Positions 1 to 8,464 of a stretch of DNA of 48,044 bases are shown here, piece after piece (the stretch's first letter is position 1; each line of letters begins with the position of its first letter). This DNA comes from a virus (Duplodnaviria; Caudoviricetes): positions 1 through 48,044 of the IMG/VR virus record IMGVR_UViG_3300043787_000001. One strand, given 5' to 3'. Below the pieces are notes generated by a model that did no database searches, was not told the DNA's origin, and was given only the letters and a program-made list of their open reading frames with translations. The position numbers were made by a program, and so were the translations under genes.

Positions 1-127
1 AATCGCTGCAACGTAGGCAACTGGCGTTGAGTTGTCGTCAGCGTACTTTGACGACTCGAACCAGCCGACGCGCACATTCGCGGCGCTTAGGTCTTTCAAC
101 GCCTTGTTCAATGCGCCCGACGCCGGG
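1..127. repeat. Terminal direct repeat, left copy (identical to 47918-48044); probable circular-assembly overlap
   Basis: AATCGCTGCAACG...GACGCCGGG is identical at both ends; 127 nt is a common assembler k-mer length; an ORF reads through the join. Confidence 0.95.
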
Positions 128-153
128 CCGGGCACTCTGCGCATAGTTGCCAT
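1..153 (-). CDS. 5' part of the neck/tail-completion gene that continues at 47917-47492
   Basis: ATG at 153 overlaps the TAA of the upstream gene (TAATG) and reads MATMRRVPGPASGALNKALKDL, in frame with ORF 47492..48028. Confidence 0.85.
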   Translation of the reverse strand, partial: MATMRRVPGPASGALNKALKDLSAANVRVGWFESSKYADDNSTPVAYVAAI

Positions 154-596
154 TATCGGAACGTACCCAACACTTTGCGGAATCCACGGCGTTCCGGCAG
201 ACCCTTCGATACATAGAACCCGCCAGCGAATTGCGCACGGGCCAGCGCAGACACCATCTTGCCGTACGGTGTGGTTTGCAACCAGTACTGAAATGAGTCA
301 CTGACGGGCGGCGCAAGCAACGACACGCTTACCTTGTCAATACTCGAACCCGTCACGACAACCGTATCTTGTCCGTCAAGGATAGTCTGTTGAATCTGCG
401 CAATATGCGCCGTCAACAGGTTCAGCACCATGTCAAGCGCAGCACCGTTGAATCCGCCACAGTAGTTGTCATAGCCGTTGTTGGCGAATGTCTGCGCCAT
501 TGCGTAGTAGAACCCTAGCAATGTTTCTGACGGCGATGCCGCCATTGCTGGCACTTGCTGTTGAAACAGCGGATAGTTAAACGTGTGCTGCGCCAT
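153..596 (-). CDS. Head-tail adaptor/connector (DUF4054-like)
   Basis: 147 aa with LLTAH, SIDKVSVS and WLQTTPYG motifs; lies between capsid and neck genes. Confidence 0.75.
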   Translation of the reverse strand: MAQHTFNYPLFQQQVPAMAASPSETLLGFYYAMAQTFANNGYDNYCGGFNGAALDMVLNLLTAHIAQIQQTILDGQDTVVVTGSSIDKVSVSLLAPPVSDSFQYWLQTTPYGKMVSALARAQFAGGFYVSKGLPERRGFRKVLGTFR

Positions 597-613
597 GTTC
601 CTATGCTCCGTTA

Positions 614-1069
614 TTAACGGTTAGCCAACTGGTTGGCAACCCAACCTGTGCCCAGCTTTTCCGTTTCAGTCGGAATCGGTTGTGAACCGTCCTTCTTGTC
701 GGTTTCATAGTCGGCCGGTGTCAACGGGCCGCCAGGGTCACGCGGGTTCATGTCACCAACCATCTTGTCGATGTCGTGCGCGCGGCGTTCGACGCGAATG
801 AAGCCGCGTTCAACGAATTGCTTGAAGTGTTCCAAATCGCAAATGGCGTCGTATTCTTCTTGCGTGATTGCGGTGTGAACACCCTGCGGCGTAATCAGGT
901 TCTTCGATGCGATGCCAGCACCGCCACGAATCAACACTTCTTTGACCGGCGTCGCAAACATGCCATCCTGCTTAGGCGGTTCGTAAGTGACGAACTTTTG
1001 CGGATTTGCCAAGGTGCTAAAAATATGCACCATACCCGACGATTTTTCTGCAACCGATGACTTTGCCAT
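614..1069 (-). CDS. Conserved phage protein downstream of the major capsid (probable virion/head-completion protein)
   Basis: ORF with likely start MAKSS after TGGA; position in head module. Confidence 0.6.
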   Translation of the reverse strand: MAKSSVAEKSSGMVHIFSTLANPQKFVTYEPPKQDGMFATPVKEVLIRGGAGIASKNLITPQGVHTAITQEEYDAICDLEHFKQFVERGFIRVERRAHDIDKMVGDMNPRDPGGPLTPADYETDKKDGSQPIPTETEKLGTGWVANQLANR

Positions 1070-1087
1070 GATGTAGGTTTCCAATAG

Positions 1088-1116
1088 AAAAGGGGCGCAT
1101 CCGAAGATGCACCCCT
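1088..1116 (-). terminator. Rho-independent terminator after the major capsid gene
   Basis: Minus strand GGGGTGCATC-TTCG-GATGCGCCCC followed by a T run. Confidence 0.85.
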
Positions 1117-1143
1117 GATTTTACAGCAACCGTCAGCGACGGC

Positions 1144-2307
1144 TTACAGGCCGGTGTAGCGAACCACTGCGTACGGGCGTTTGCACATCACGCCCGCCGT
1201 TGCATTCGCGTAGTCTTCAACGTACGACTTCGCGCGCTTTTCGACGCCCAGCGCCTGGAACTTCGACGGCACGACCTGAATGAACACCTTGCCGTCATCG
1301 CTCGAACCGTCATCGATGCGTTCGGCGTAAAAGTACATCGCGGTCAGTCCGCCGTTTGCGTCCGTCAGTTCCGGGCACGTGACAACGCGAAGGTTCGGGT
1401 AGTTCTCCCGAATCCACTCACGAACCGAAATGCCGCCGACCGACTGCGTGACGGTCAGGAACTGGTTCTTGCCCATCGGAATCGCCATGGTAATCGGCGT
1501 CTTTTCAACGTCGATGGTGTCCATGCTCTGCACTTCAAGCGTGTACATGCCAAGGCGAATATCAGCCGTGATGTCGTTGAACGTCTTCGTGTTCCACGAC
1601 GCCGAACCCGACGTTGCGCCGTTCGGCAACGTGACGTATGCGGGCAACGACGGGTCATTCAGGAACCCGTAGGTGCGGCCCGCGCCGTCGTTGAAGCCGT
1701 AGAAACCGACGCGGTTGCGTTGGATGTCAAGCGCACGGCCAGCCTGACCGCGCTTTTCACCGCTCGAAGAAACGCGCATGCGTGCGGCGCGCGCTTCTTC
1801 CAACAGTCCGACCAGGATACCCATTTCGAAACGGACGACGGTACGCCATTCGAAGTTGACGTTCCACGACGACAACGGGATGTTGCTGTAATCGCCGTAC
1901 GGAATCGCGTTGCCGGTCGGTTCCAGCATACCCTGCACAATCTGTTCGTCTTCCCACAAACCGATTGTTGCCATACCAATCAACTCGTCAATTTTTCGTG
2001 CCGCCGTGATGAAATTGACGAATCCCGGCATCCACGCCTGAAGGAACTGGACCAGCGCCGGGATAGCGTTGGTCGATTGGATGGCCCCCGGCGTCGGCAG
2101 AATGCCAACGTCGTTGCTGTCCATCGCCGCCGCCATTTGAACGGCTTGTACCAGTTCAGCGATGTACGATTGGTCGAAGCCGATGCCGACCTGACGCAAG
2201 GCGTTGTATTCGACTACGTCTTCAGCCGTGACCGCAATGGGTTTCCAGTTGCGGCCAGAAAGCGACGAGTGGACGGCACTTTCGTCTTTTGCTGTGAACT
2301 TCAACAT
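1144..2307 (-). CDS. Major capsid protein (DUF2184-like, HK97 fold expected)
   Basis: 387 aa with NRVGFYG, YGFLNDP and C-terminal GVMCKRPYAVVRYTG motifs; follows decoration and scaffold genes. Confidence 0.9.
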   Translation of the reverse strand: MLKFTAKDESAVHSSLSGRNWKPIAVTAEDVVEYNALRQVGIGFDQSYIAELVQAVQMAAAMDSNDVGILPTPGAIQSTNAIPALVQFLQAWMPGFVNFITAARKIDELIGMATIGLWEDEQIVQGMLEPTGNAIPYGDYSNIPLSSWNVNFEWRTVVRFEMGILVGLLEEARAARMRVSSSGEKRGQAGRALDIQRNRVGFYGFNDGAGRTYGFLNDPSLPAYVTLPNGATSGSASWNTKTFNDITADIRLGMYTLEVQSMDTIDVEKTPITMAIPMGKNQFLTVTQSVGGISVREWIRENYPNLRVVTCPELTDANGGLTAMYFYAERIDDGSSDDGKVFIQVVPSKFQALGVEKRAKSYVEDYANATAGVMCKRPYAVVRYTGL

Positions 2308-2373
2308 GTTTCAATGCTCCGTATTGATGTGATGTTTGCAACCACGCGGCACCGAAGCGCCGCGCCGCTGACG

Positions 2374-2889
2374 TTACAGGTTCGTCTTCAGCAGAATCAA
2401 CGCGCCGCCTTCGGACGACTGGCCGTAGTCTTCAACCCACGCGTTCAACAGCGTGCAGTTTGCGTCAGGCGTGCCAGCCGTTGCCGGGATGCTGATTTGG
2501 CCGGTTGCCTGTGCGTATTGCACTTGCAGACCTGCCGCCGCCGCCTTCGTACCGTACAGCGGCACAACGATTTTGGCGAACTGAACAAAGTCGGCCGTCA
2601 CGTTGTTCGGCAGAATGAACACCGGGGCCAGCGGGCCGCTTGCGTTACCCAACGAAACGTGTTGCTTCGGGTTCGCAAGAATGCCCCAAATGTCACCCGT
2701 ACCGCCAGCGCCGACCGTCTTGCCGTCGCCGTTGAGTGTGAACACGTTGCCGAATGCGTTGTTCGTCGTGACGCCGCCTGCGGTGTTCAGATAACCGATG
2801 TGCGAACGCAACGGGCCGTCGCGCACAATCTCGCCGGGAATGCCAAACCCGAAGTCGTAATTGATGGCTTGTTGAAAAGTACCGGGCAT
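2374..2889 (-). CDS. Capsid decoration/cement protein
   Basis: 171 aa Gly-rich, with FQQAIN..GIPGEI and GILANPK; between scaffold and capsid; AAGGAG RBS. Confidence 0.7.
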   Translation of the reverse strand: MPGTFQQAINYDFGFGIPGEIVRDGPLRSHIGYLNTAGGVTTNNAFGNVFTLNGDGKTVGAGGTGDIWGILANPKQHVSLGNASGPLAPVFILPNNVTADFVQFAKIVVPLYGTKAAAAGLQVQYAQATGQISIPATAGTPDANCTLLNAWVEDYGQSSEGGALILLKTNL

Positions 2890-2931
2890 GTTACTTAGCT
2901 CCTTTGAAGTTGGCCGATGACGCGCAGTAGA

Positions 2932-4704
2932 TTACTTACGGTCGGCGATTTGTGCGGCAACGAACGACGGCTTGCGCGTCGCGTCCTTGGCGTCACCCGC
3001 ATGGGCAACGGGCAGCTTGTGCGCCGGGATGCGCTTATGCAACCAAGCTTTCAGGGCGGCAACTTCGGTGCCCTTGTCGGCCGGAATTTCCAGCGCCTTC
3101 ACGGCGTATTCCGCAACGTCTTGCGCGTCCATCGCGTGCGCCACGTTGGCGAAGTCCGCGATATGCACGCCGACATCCTTGACCAGCGCATCACGGTCGG
3201 CCAGCGCGCGAACAACATCCTTGCTGTCCATCGCGGGGGCCATCTTCGACATCGCAGACTTCACGGCGTTGTCAACGATGCGCGCAACGCGTTTTTCCAG
3301 TGCGTCCATACCTTCACCATCGGGTTCGGTCGGCTTCTTCTTGCCGTCCTTGTTGTCAGGGTCATCGGCGTCAAGGCCGTTCGCTTCTTTCTGGCGCTTG
3401 TCGCCCGGCATTTGTTCGGTGTCGCCGGTCGGCACTTCGCCAAGCGTTTCGTCACCGCCGACACACTTCAAGTCTTCGATTGCTTCAAGCAACGGAATTG
3501 CCTGGTTGATTGCTTCGACGGCCTGTTTCAGTTCGCCTTTTTCGGCGTCACTGCCGTCGCCCTTTTCCGCTTCTTCGGCAGCGTCCATAGCAAAGGCAAC
3601 AAGGGCCTTGCGCATGTTTGCCAACCGTGTCACCTTCTTCACAGGACCAGCCATAATTAACAACTCCTTTTCAATTGACGTAATACCATCCATAACCGCA
3701 ACTTCCGGCCCCATACGACCATCGTTGACGGTTGCAAGATGGTTTCCCCGGATATGCCGTTGCACATAAGTATAAGGCACACCCTTAAACACCCCCGGCT
3801 TGTACTCGTATACGCAACGATAGCCAAGTGACAGGGGCGTTTTTCCGGCCGCGATATTCTGCGCCAGAAAATCCGACCAACACATAATGTTGCCTTTCAG
3901 CGTTCCTTCGTCGTCTTCCGGGTCAAACCAAATGCGTTCACCCGTGACGCCGCGTGCGCCTTTGTCTTCAATCTGCTTTGTACCCTTCGTTCCGTTACCA
4001 ATCATCGTGTGATCGATAATCCACGGCTTCAAACGGAACGACGCGATTGTTGCAGGGTCGGCCAATTCTTCAGCCGGTCGGTAGACGGCAAAAAACTTGT
4101 CGCCGTTGCCTTTCTCTTTTTCCTGTGGAATGTTCCGACCAAGGTATTGGAACACGCCGACCTTTGACAGCGGGTTGTCCATCACTTCGAAGAAACCGTT
4201 CAAATCGTATTGCTTGGCGCTGTCAGAAGCGTCACCAGCAACCGCGTTGAATACGCATGCCAACACGTTGGCGCTGCAACCGTGCAGCGGCGTCGGCAAC
4301 GAATCAATCGCAAACCATCCACAACCAATGTGTTCGTCATTCAACTTTGCGTCAAACGCTTCAACGTCAGCAAAGAACGCGTGAAAGAACCCATCGAACA
4401 CGCCGACGCTGGTCAGGTCGCCTTGATGTGCAAATGCCGTTTCTTCGATCGTTTCGCGCCGGGCCGCTGCTTCTGCGGTTTCACCTTCTTCGATGGTTCC
4501 GGCCGGAAAACCCCATTCACCGTTTGGCCGTTGCATCATGAAGATTTTGCCGTTGGCGTGAAACACTATGCCCGCAGCAGTCGCGGCGTCACCAGCAACC
4601 GCGTACGCGATGGCAACCGCCTGTTTCTGCGACTTGCCCGCGTTTTCTTCGGTTGCAACGTTCTTGCCGAACGCTTCTTTCGTACCGCTTTTATCCAATG
4701 GCAT
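2932..4704 (-). CDS. Prohead protease/scaffold (DUF2213) with an N-terminal Nudix hydrolase domain
   Basis: Nudix box G-TIEEG-E-TAEAAAR-RETIEETAF; DUF2213 motifs NPLSKVGVFQY, YRPAEEL, LSLGYRC and GNHLATV..GRMG; acidic helical scaffold-like C-terminus. Confidence 0.85.
   Translation of the reverse strand: MPLDKSGTKEAFGKNVATEENAGKSQKQAVAIAYAVAGDAATAAGIVFHANGKIFMMQRPNGEWGFPAGTIEEGETAEAAARRETIEETAFAHQGDLTSVGVFDGFFHAFFADVEAFDAKLNDEHIGCGWFAIDSLPTPLHGCSANVLACVFNAVAGDASDSAKQYDLNGFFEVMDNPLSKVGVFQYLGRNIPQEKEKGNGDKFFAVYRPAEELADPATIASFRLKPWIIDHTMIGNGTKGTKQIEDKGARGVTGERIWFDPEDDEGTLKGNIMCWSDFLAQNIAAGKTPLSLGYRCVYEYKPGVFKGVPYTYVQRHIRGNHLATVNDGRMGPEVAVMDGITSIEKELLIMAGPVKKVTRLANMRKALVAFAMDAAEEAEKGDGSDAEKGELKQAVEAINQAIPLLEAIEDLKCVGGDETLGEVPTGDTEQMPGDKRQKEANGLDADDPDNKDGKKKPTEPDGEGMDALEKRVARIVDNAVKSAMSKMAPAMDSKDVVRALADRDALVKDVGVHIADFANVAHAMDAQDVAEYAVKALEIPADKGTEVAALKAWLHKRIPAHKLPVAHAGDAKDATRKPSFVAAQIADRK
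4229..4247. repeat. 19-bp direct repeat copy (GCGTCACCAGCAACCGCGT) at the C-terminal border of the Nudix domain
   Basis: Identical to 4586-4604; the spacing of 357 nt is 119 codons. Confidence 0.9.
4586..4604. repeat. 19-bp direct repeat copy at the N-terminal border of the Nudix domain
   Basis: Identical to 4229-4247; both copies span the AVAGDA codons on the minus strand. Confidence 0.9.
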
Positions 4705-4714
4705 TGTCCGCCCC

Positions 4715-4963
4715 TTACGGTGTGTCGTCAGGAATCACCGCGTCATCGCCTGCCGTTGCAGGTTCCAACGCTTTCAAACAGTGATCCTTCTGAAACAGAT
4801 TCAAAAATTTGCACATCAGGCAACCCCAGCGCTTACCGGCTAACATCGCCTTTGCCGAACGACTGCTAATGGTTTCTTCAGGACTACCGCCAGTCAGCGC
4901 GTTTCCTAACTCGTCCAGAACTATCAACAGGTTCAGAAAGTACCGCCCTATTTTATTCATCAT
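4715..4963 (-). CDS. Small conserved phage protein (D..GN...GG...ETISSR...DHC type), possibly membrane associated
   Basis: Start MMNKIG overlaps the MuF stop; hydrophobic N-terminus; ETISSR and DHC motifs. Confidence 0.7.
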   Translation of the reverse strand: MMNKIGRYFLNLLIVLDELGNALTGGSPEETISSRSAKAMLAGKRWGCLMCKFLNLFQKDHCLKALEPATAGDDAVIPDDTP

Positions 4964-5831
4964 CGTCATCGAACTTGAAAATTGGTCGCATCGTGCAACG
5001 ACAGAACGGTGCCGCGCCAGGCATACCGCGTTCACCCTGATTGGGTCCGTCAAGGTGCGGCAGGTCGTCAAATGAAAATATTTTACCGTTCAACACGTCG
5101 CGGTGATATTCGCGGGGGTGATTGCTGCCGCCGCTATGTACCCATTCGAACTGTTTCACCCCCAACGCTTGCATACGTGTTGCATTGATGCTGTTGTACG
5201 CCTTGCGCGTTTGGTCAAGTGAAACGTTCTTTGCCCAGTTCTTGACCTGGACGCCGTACTTGTCCAACGCGGGCTTCAGGTCGGCCAGTCCGTTGCCGGA
5301 TTGAATCGACCGCATTACCGCACCCTGTACGTTGTCCAGATACTTCGTTGGGATACGTTTGATAAGGCTTACACTTTCTGCAACGCTGGCCGTAAGCACG
5401 TCACGCAACTGGTCGTTAAAAACGTTAGTCTTCAGAACCAGTTGCCCCGACATTTCCTTAAGGGATATGTTCAGTTTCTGCCCGCTATCCTTCGTTGCGG
5501 CGTTCACCATGTTTTCGGTTGACGGTTGTGCAATCTTGGCGAACAGCGCCGCAAACTTGTCGCGCATCGCGTTGGACAGAATACGGGCCTGACTGGCAAC
5601 GCTTGCATCCATTGCCCAACCTTCACCGTCAGCAGAAAACGTCAGATACAAGTCTTCGACTTCGCGAACGACTTCGCGCAACATCCGGTCAATGTGGCGT
5701 TGCAACGTGTCGTTGTATTTGGTCGCAATCGACCCAGCAATAATCAACGGCTTGCCGCGTAACTGTTCGATTGCAAAGCGTGATGCCCATGCTTCACGCT
5801 TGCCGACTATGCGGACCTGTTTATGACCCAT
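4953..5831 (-). CDS. Head morphogenesis protein (MuF/SPP1 gp7-like)
   Basis: DQTRK, FEWVHSGG..HPREYH, LNGKIFSFDD and PG...FCRC motifs; directly after the portal. Confidence 0.9.
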   Translation of the reverse strand: MGHKQVRIVGKREAWASRFAIEQLRGKPLIIAGSIATKYNDTLQRHIDRMLREVVREVEDLYLTFSADGEGWAMDASVASQARILSNAMRDKFAALFAKIAQPSTENMVNAATKDSGQKLNISLKEMSGQLVLKTNVFNDQLRDVLTASVAESVSLIKRIPTKYLDNVQGAVMRSIQSGNGLADLKPALDKYGVQVKNWAKNVSLDQTRKAYNSINATRMQALGVKQFEWVHSGGSNHPREYHRDVLNGKIFSFDDLPHLDGPNQGERGMPGAAPFCRCTMRPIFKFDDDDE

Positions 5832-7482
5832 ACTTTGTTACCGCTTCGTCAACCAACCGCATAATCAGCCGGTCCATAGCGTCGCCAGTTGGTGCGCCAC
5901 CTTCTTGCTCACTGACCGTCACCTTGCCCGGCGTGCCGGTCGGCAAATCGCCGTCTTCCCATGCACCGCCAGTCGGTTCCCGTTCCCCTTCTTCAATTGC
6001 GCGCACGGTGCTGTATCCGCTGTTCTTGTCGTTGCGCAACCGTTCGTTCACGTCGGCATCGCTGATAGCGCCGGTTTGAATCAACGACAGGTCAGCGCGT
6101 GCGTTCAGTTCGTTAATTTCCGCGTACTCCTTGGCGGTCGGAGAATCAAGCGGCATCCAACTGATAGTCGTCTTCGCCTGACCGCGTGCGCCGAACATCG
6201 GAATGATGTACGCCAGTTTGGTCAACAGGTGGTGACGTTCAACGAACGGCGTCAGTTCGTGAGTCTGCATTGACTCCAATGTTTCGTGATAGCTCGATTC
6301 GTCGTACGCGCCTTCGTTGGACAGACCGCCCGCAGCGGTGCCCATGATTTTGTTGACAGGCGAATCACCGGCCGCGCACGCGAGCGCGTATTGGTTATCG
6401 ATGACGTTGGACAGTTCGGTTAGTGCCGTGTCGAACTGCTGCATTGTGTCGTCTTTGCCCATCACACGAACGCCGTGGTTGTCCCGGCCGTCCTGCATGA
6501 ATGCCATCGAAGCGTCAAACTTGTCTTTGTTCAACATCATCGCTTCAACGTCACCAACGTTCAGCGTGTACAGGCGTTTCGTCATCGCCAGCAACGGCGC
6601 TTCATTGGCCGTGCGTTCAGCCGCGTAGACGCGTTCCATGATTGCCTGTGGAACCGGAATGCCGCCGTACAGGTAGGACGGCTTCAGGATGTCGTCAGGC
6701 TGTTCGGTGCGGAAAATGCAAAGGTGCGAACGGTGATACTTCTTGCCGTTGATTTGCCACCATGTTGGCTCGTAAAAATCCGGCGCGGTCGTATCGCCTG
6801 CCGCTTCACCTGACAGAATCGGGGCCATCCAATACGGGTCGCGCATGAACCAGCCCTTGAAGCTGCCCGGCCGGATGCTGTCTGGATTGAACGGCTTTTC
6901 GTAAAACTCCGGGTCAGGTGATTCGATGATGGGCACCGCGACGCGAATGCCGAACTTGCGCCCGTTGTACGCGTAGTTCAACAGGTGTTTCGTCAGCTTG
7001 AACTTTTTGTCGTACAGCGTGTACGCGGCAATAACGTCGTCATCAAGTTTGTCTTCGCCGACTTCGTTGACAATCTCGAACCCCTGGCGGATTGCATCAC
7101 GCGCGGGCACAAGACAAATCTTCTTGACCATCCAATGTTGTGCAACGATTGCACACATTTGCGGGCCGATGAATGTCTGACTGCCGAACCATTGAAAGAT
7201 GGCATCGGGAATATTCGGTTGCGCCATGCTGTAGGCGTTCTTGATGGCGTTCCAGCCCTGCCCGCTATCGTCATCGTCCATCGTGCCATCAGGCAACGTG
7301 GGGCGCGGTGCCCACGCGCGCAAGTAGCGCGTCCACACCGTAGCTAGATTCTCCGTTATTTGCGGGGCATCTTTGCTTTTGATCGAATCGCCCCGATGCG
7401 TGCTGAACAGCGAACCACGGGCTTGCACTTCTTCATTTGTGACCGGCGCAGCAAAGCGACGGCGCTTTAGAAAGCCAAACAT
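5821..7482 (-). CDS. Portal protein (DUF1073-type)
   Basis: 553 aa with PARDAIRQG, FYEPTWW.INGKKYHRSH and ANEAPLL motifs; upstream of MuF. Confidence 0.88.
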   Translation of the reverse strand: MFGFLKRRRFAAPVTNEEVQARGSLFSTHRGDSIKSKDAPQITENLATVWTRYLRAWAPRPTLPDGTMDDDDSGQGWNAIKNAYSMAQPNIPDAIFQWFGSQTFIGPQMCAIVAQHWMVKKICLVPARDAIRQGFEIVNEVGEDKLDDDVIAAYTLYDKKFKLTKHLLNYAYNGRKFGIRVAVPIIESPDPEFYEKPFNPDSIRPGSFKGWFMRDPYWMAPILSGEAAGDTTAPDFYEPTWWQINGKKYHRSHLCIFRTEQPDDILKPSYLYGGIPVPQAIMERVYAAERTANEAPLLAMTKRLYTLNVGDVEAMMLNKDKFDASMAFMQDGRDNHGVRVMGKDDTMQQFDTALTELSNVIDNQYALACAAGDSPVNKIMGTAAGGLSNEGAYDESSYHETLESMQTHELTPFVERHHLLTKLAYIIPMFGARGQAKTTISWMPLDSPTAKEYAEINELNARADLSLIQTGAISDADVNERLRNDKNSGYSTVRAIEEGEREPTGGAWEDGDLPTGTPGKVTVSEQEGGAPTGDAMDRLIMRLVDEAVTKYGS

Positions 7483-7501
7483 AACGGATGCCCCATAAAT
7501 G

Positions 7502-7531
7502 AAAACAGCCCCTATTGTATCCGGGGCTGTT
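7502..7531 (-). terminator. Rho-independent terminator ending the accessory cassette upstream of the portal
   Basis: AACAGCCCC/GGGGCTGTT inverted repeat followed by a T run on the minus strand. Confidence 0.7.
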
Positions 7532-7537
7532 GGGGCG

Positions 7538-7699
7538 TTACTTTGTGGCGGTCTGTCGGGCCTTGAGTTTGGCCCGCCACATGATGTGTCTCAGTTCAAG
7601 TGTTAGTCTTGCCGCTAATCTTTTTCCTTCTTTGTCTGTCGGTTCGTATGCAACGTCTTCGTCGTCCTGGACCAGCTTGTTCGGTTCCCAACTTTTCAC
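7538..7699 (-). CDS. Small hypothetical protein, 53 aa (below ORF-track cutoff)
   Basis: GGGGG RBS, GTG start, MKSWEPNKLVQDDED...ARQTATK; ends just before the terminator. Confidence 0.6.
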   Translation of the reverse strand: MKSWEPNKLVQDDEDVAYEPTDKEGKRLAARLTLELRHIMWRAKLKARQTATK

Positions 7700-7739
7700 A
7701 GCACCCCCATGTAGTGAAGGTCATACGATAACACAAAAG

Positions 7740-7750
7740 CGTTACTAACG
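7740..7750. promoter_or_regulatory. Palindromic operator-like site CGTTACTAACG
   Basis: Perfect copy of the recurring palindrome, intergenic. Confidence 0.75.
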
Positions 7751-7771
7751 GTAACACTTTCTGACTTGTTG

Positions 7772-8449
7772 TTACTCTGCAACAGTAATTTTTACCGGAA
7801 TTGCTGTCGCTACTGGACGACCCGACGTTGTTGCATCCCTCCCGTTCGCGCGGGCCGTATTGGCGTTGTCGTACAGCGCACCGTGGTAACCCATCGCGCC
7901 GTAACGAACGTTTGCGTAAAGCGTAACTTCGCGTTCCTTGCGCTTCATACGAACACTTGCGCGCGGTGCCCAATCCGGTTTGCCGTTATGCAAATATGTC
8001 ACCATCGGCACACCACTAGTGCTGATAAACGTTCCGATGAACTGTTTGACAATCCATGATGACGCCATTTGCACTTCAATGGCGTCACCGGCCTTTGCGC
8101 GTTCTTCGTCAAACGGTAGCGGGTCAACGTTGGGTCGCGTCGTTTCGCCAAACAGAAAATCAGCGTTGCAACGCTCATACGTTCCGACCGGGCCAAACGT
8201 ATGACGCCACGGATCAATGATGTGTTTTGCCACAGGCGGCACCAACGCACCCATGTCAATCAACGCTATCTTGTTGCGCAACGACGCGTTTGCATTCTGC
8301 GCTTGACGAAGTGCCGCCAGGCGTTCTTCGCTTTCTTTCGTCAGTTTGTCAAATGCTTGCACAGCACCTTCAGCGACTACGCCATAACCGCCCGACTTGA
8401 CTACGCCGGTATAGATGTACGCACGCAACTCTTTCAACGTGAATTCCAT
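7772..8449 (-). CDS. Hypothetical protein
   Basis: 225 aa ORF with AAGGAG RBS in a minus-strand operon. Confidence 0.7.
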   Translation of the reverse strand: MEFTLKELRAYIYTGVVKSGGYGVVAEGAVQAFDKLTKESEERLAALRQAQNANASLRNKIALIDMGALVPPVAKHIIDPWRHTFGPVGTYERCNADFLFGETTRPNVDPLPFDEERAKAGDAIEVQMASSWIVKQFIGTFISTSGVPMVTYLHNGKPDWAPRASVRMKRKEREVTLYANVRYGAMGYHGALYDNANTARANGRDATTSGRPVATAIPVKITVAE

Positions 8450-8464
8450 GATGGGTAATGCTCC

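Noticed and set aside
1720-2898. Long antisense ORFs (1720..2898 +, also 25581..26573 +, 19549..20400 +, 41752..42486 +)
   Set aside because: Shadow frames of well-supported opposite-strand genes in GC-rich DNA, with no RBS or motifs
5821-7482. Anti-CBASS Acb1 label sometimes attached to DUF1073 proteins
   Set aside because: Size and position indicate a portal; no appended 2H-phosphodiesterase domain with paired HxT motifs is seen
7596-7973. 125-aa minus-strand ORF from the track
   Set aside because: It overlaps the better-supported 7772..8449 gene and the operator region; the 53-aa ORF at 7538-7699 fits better
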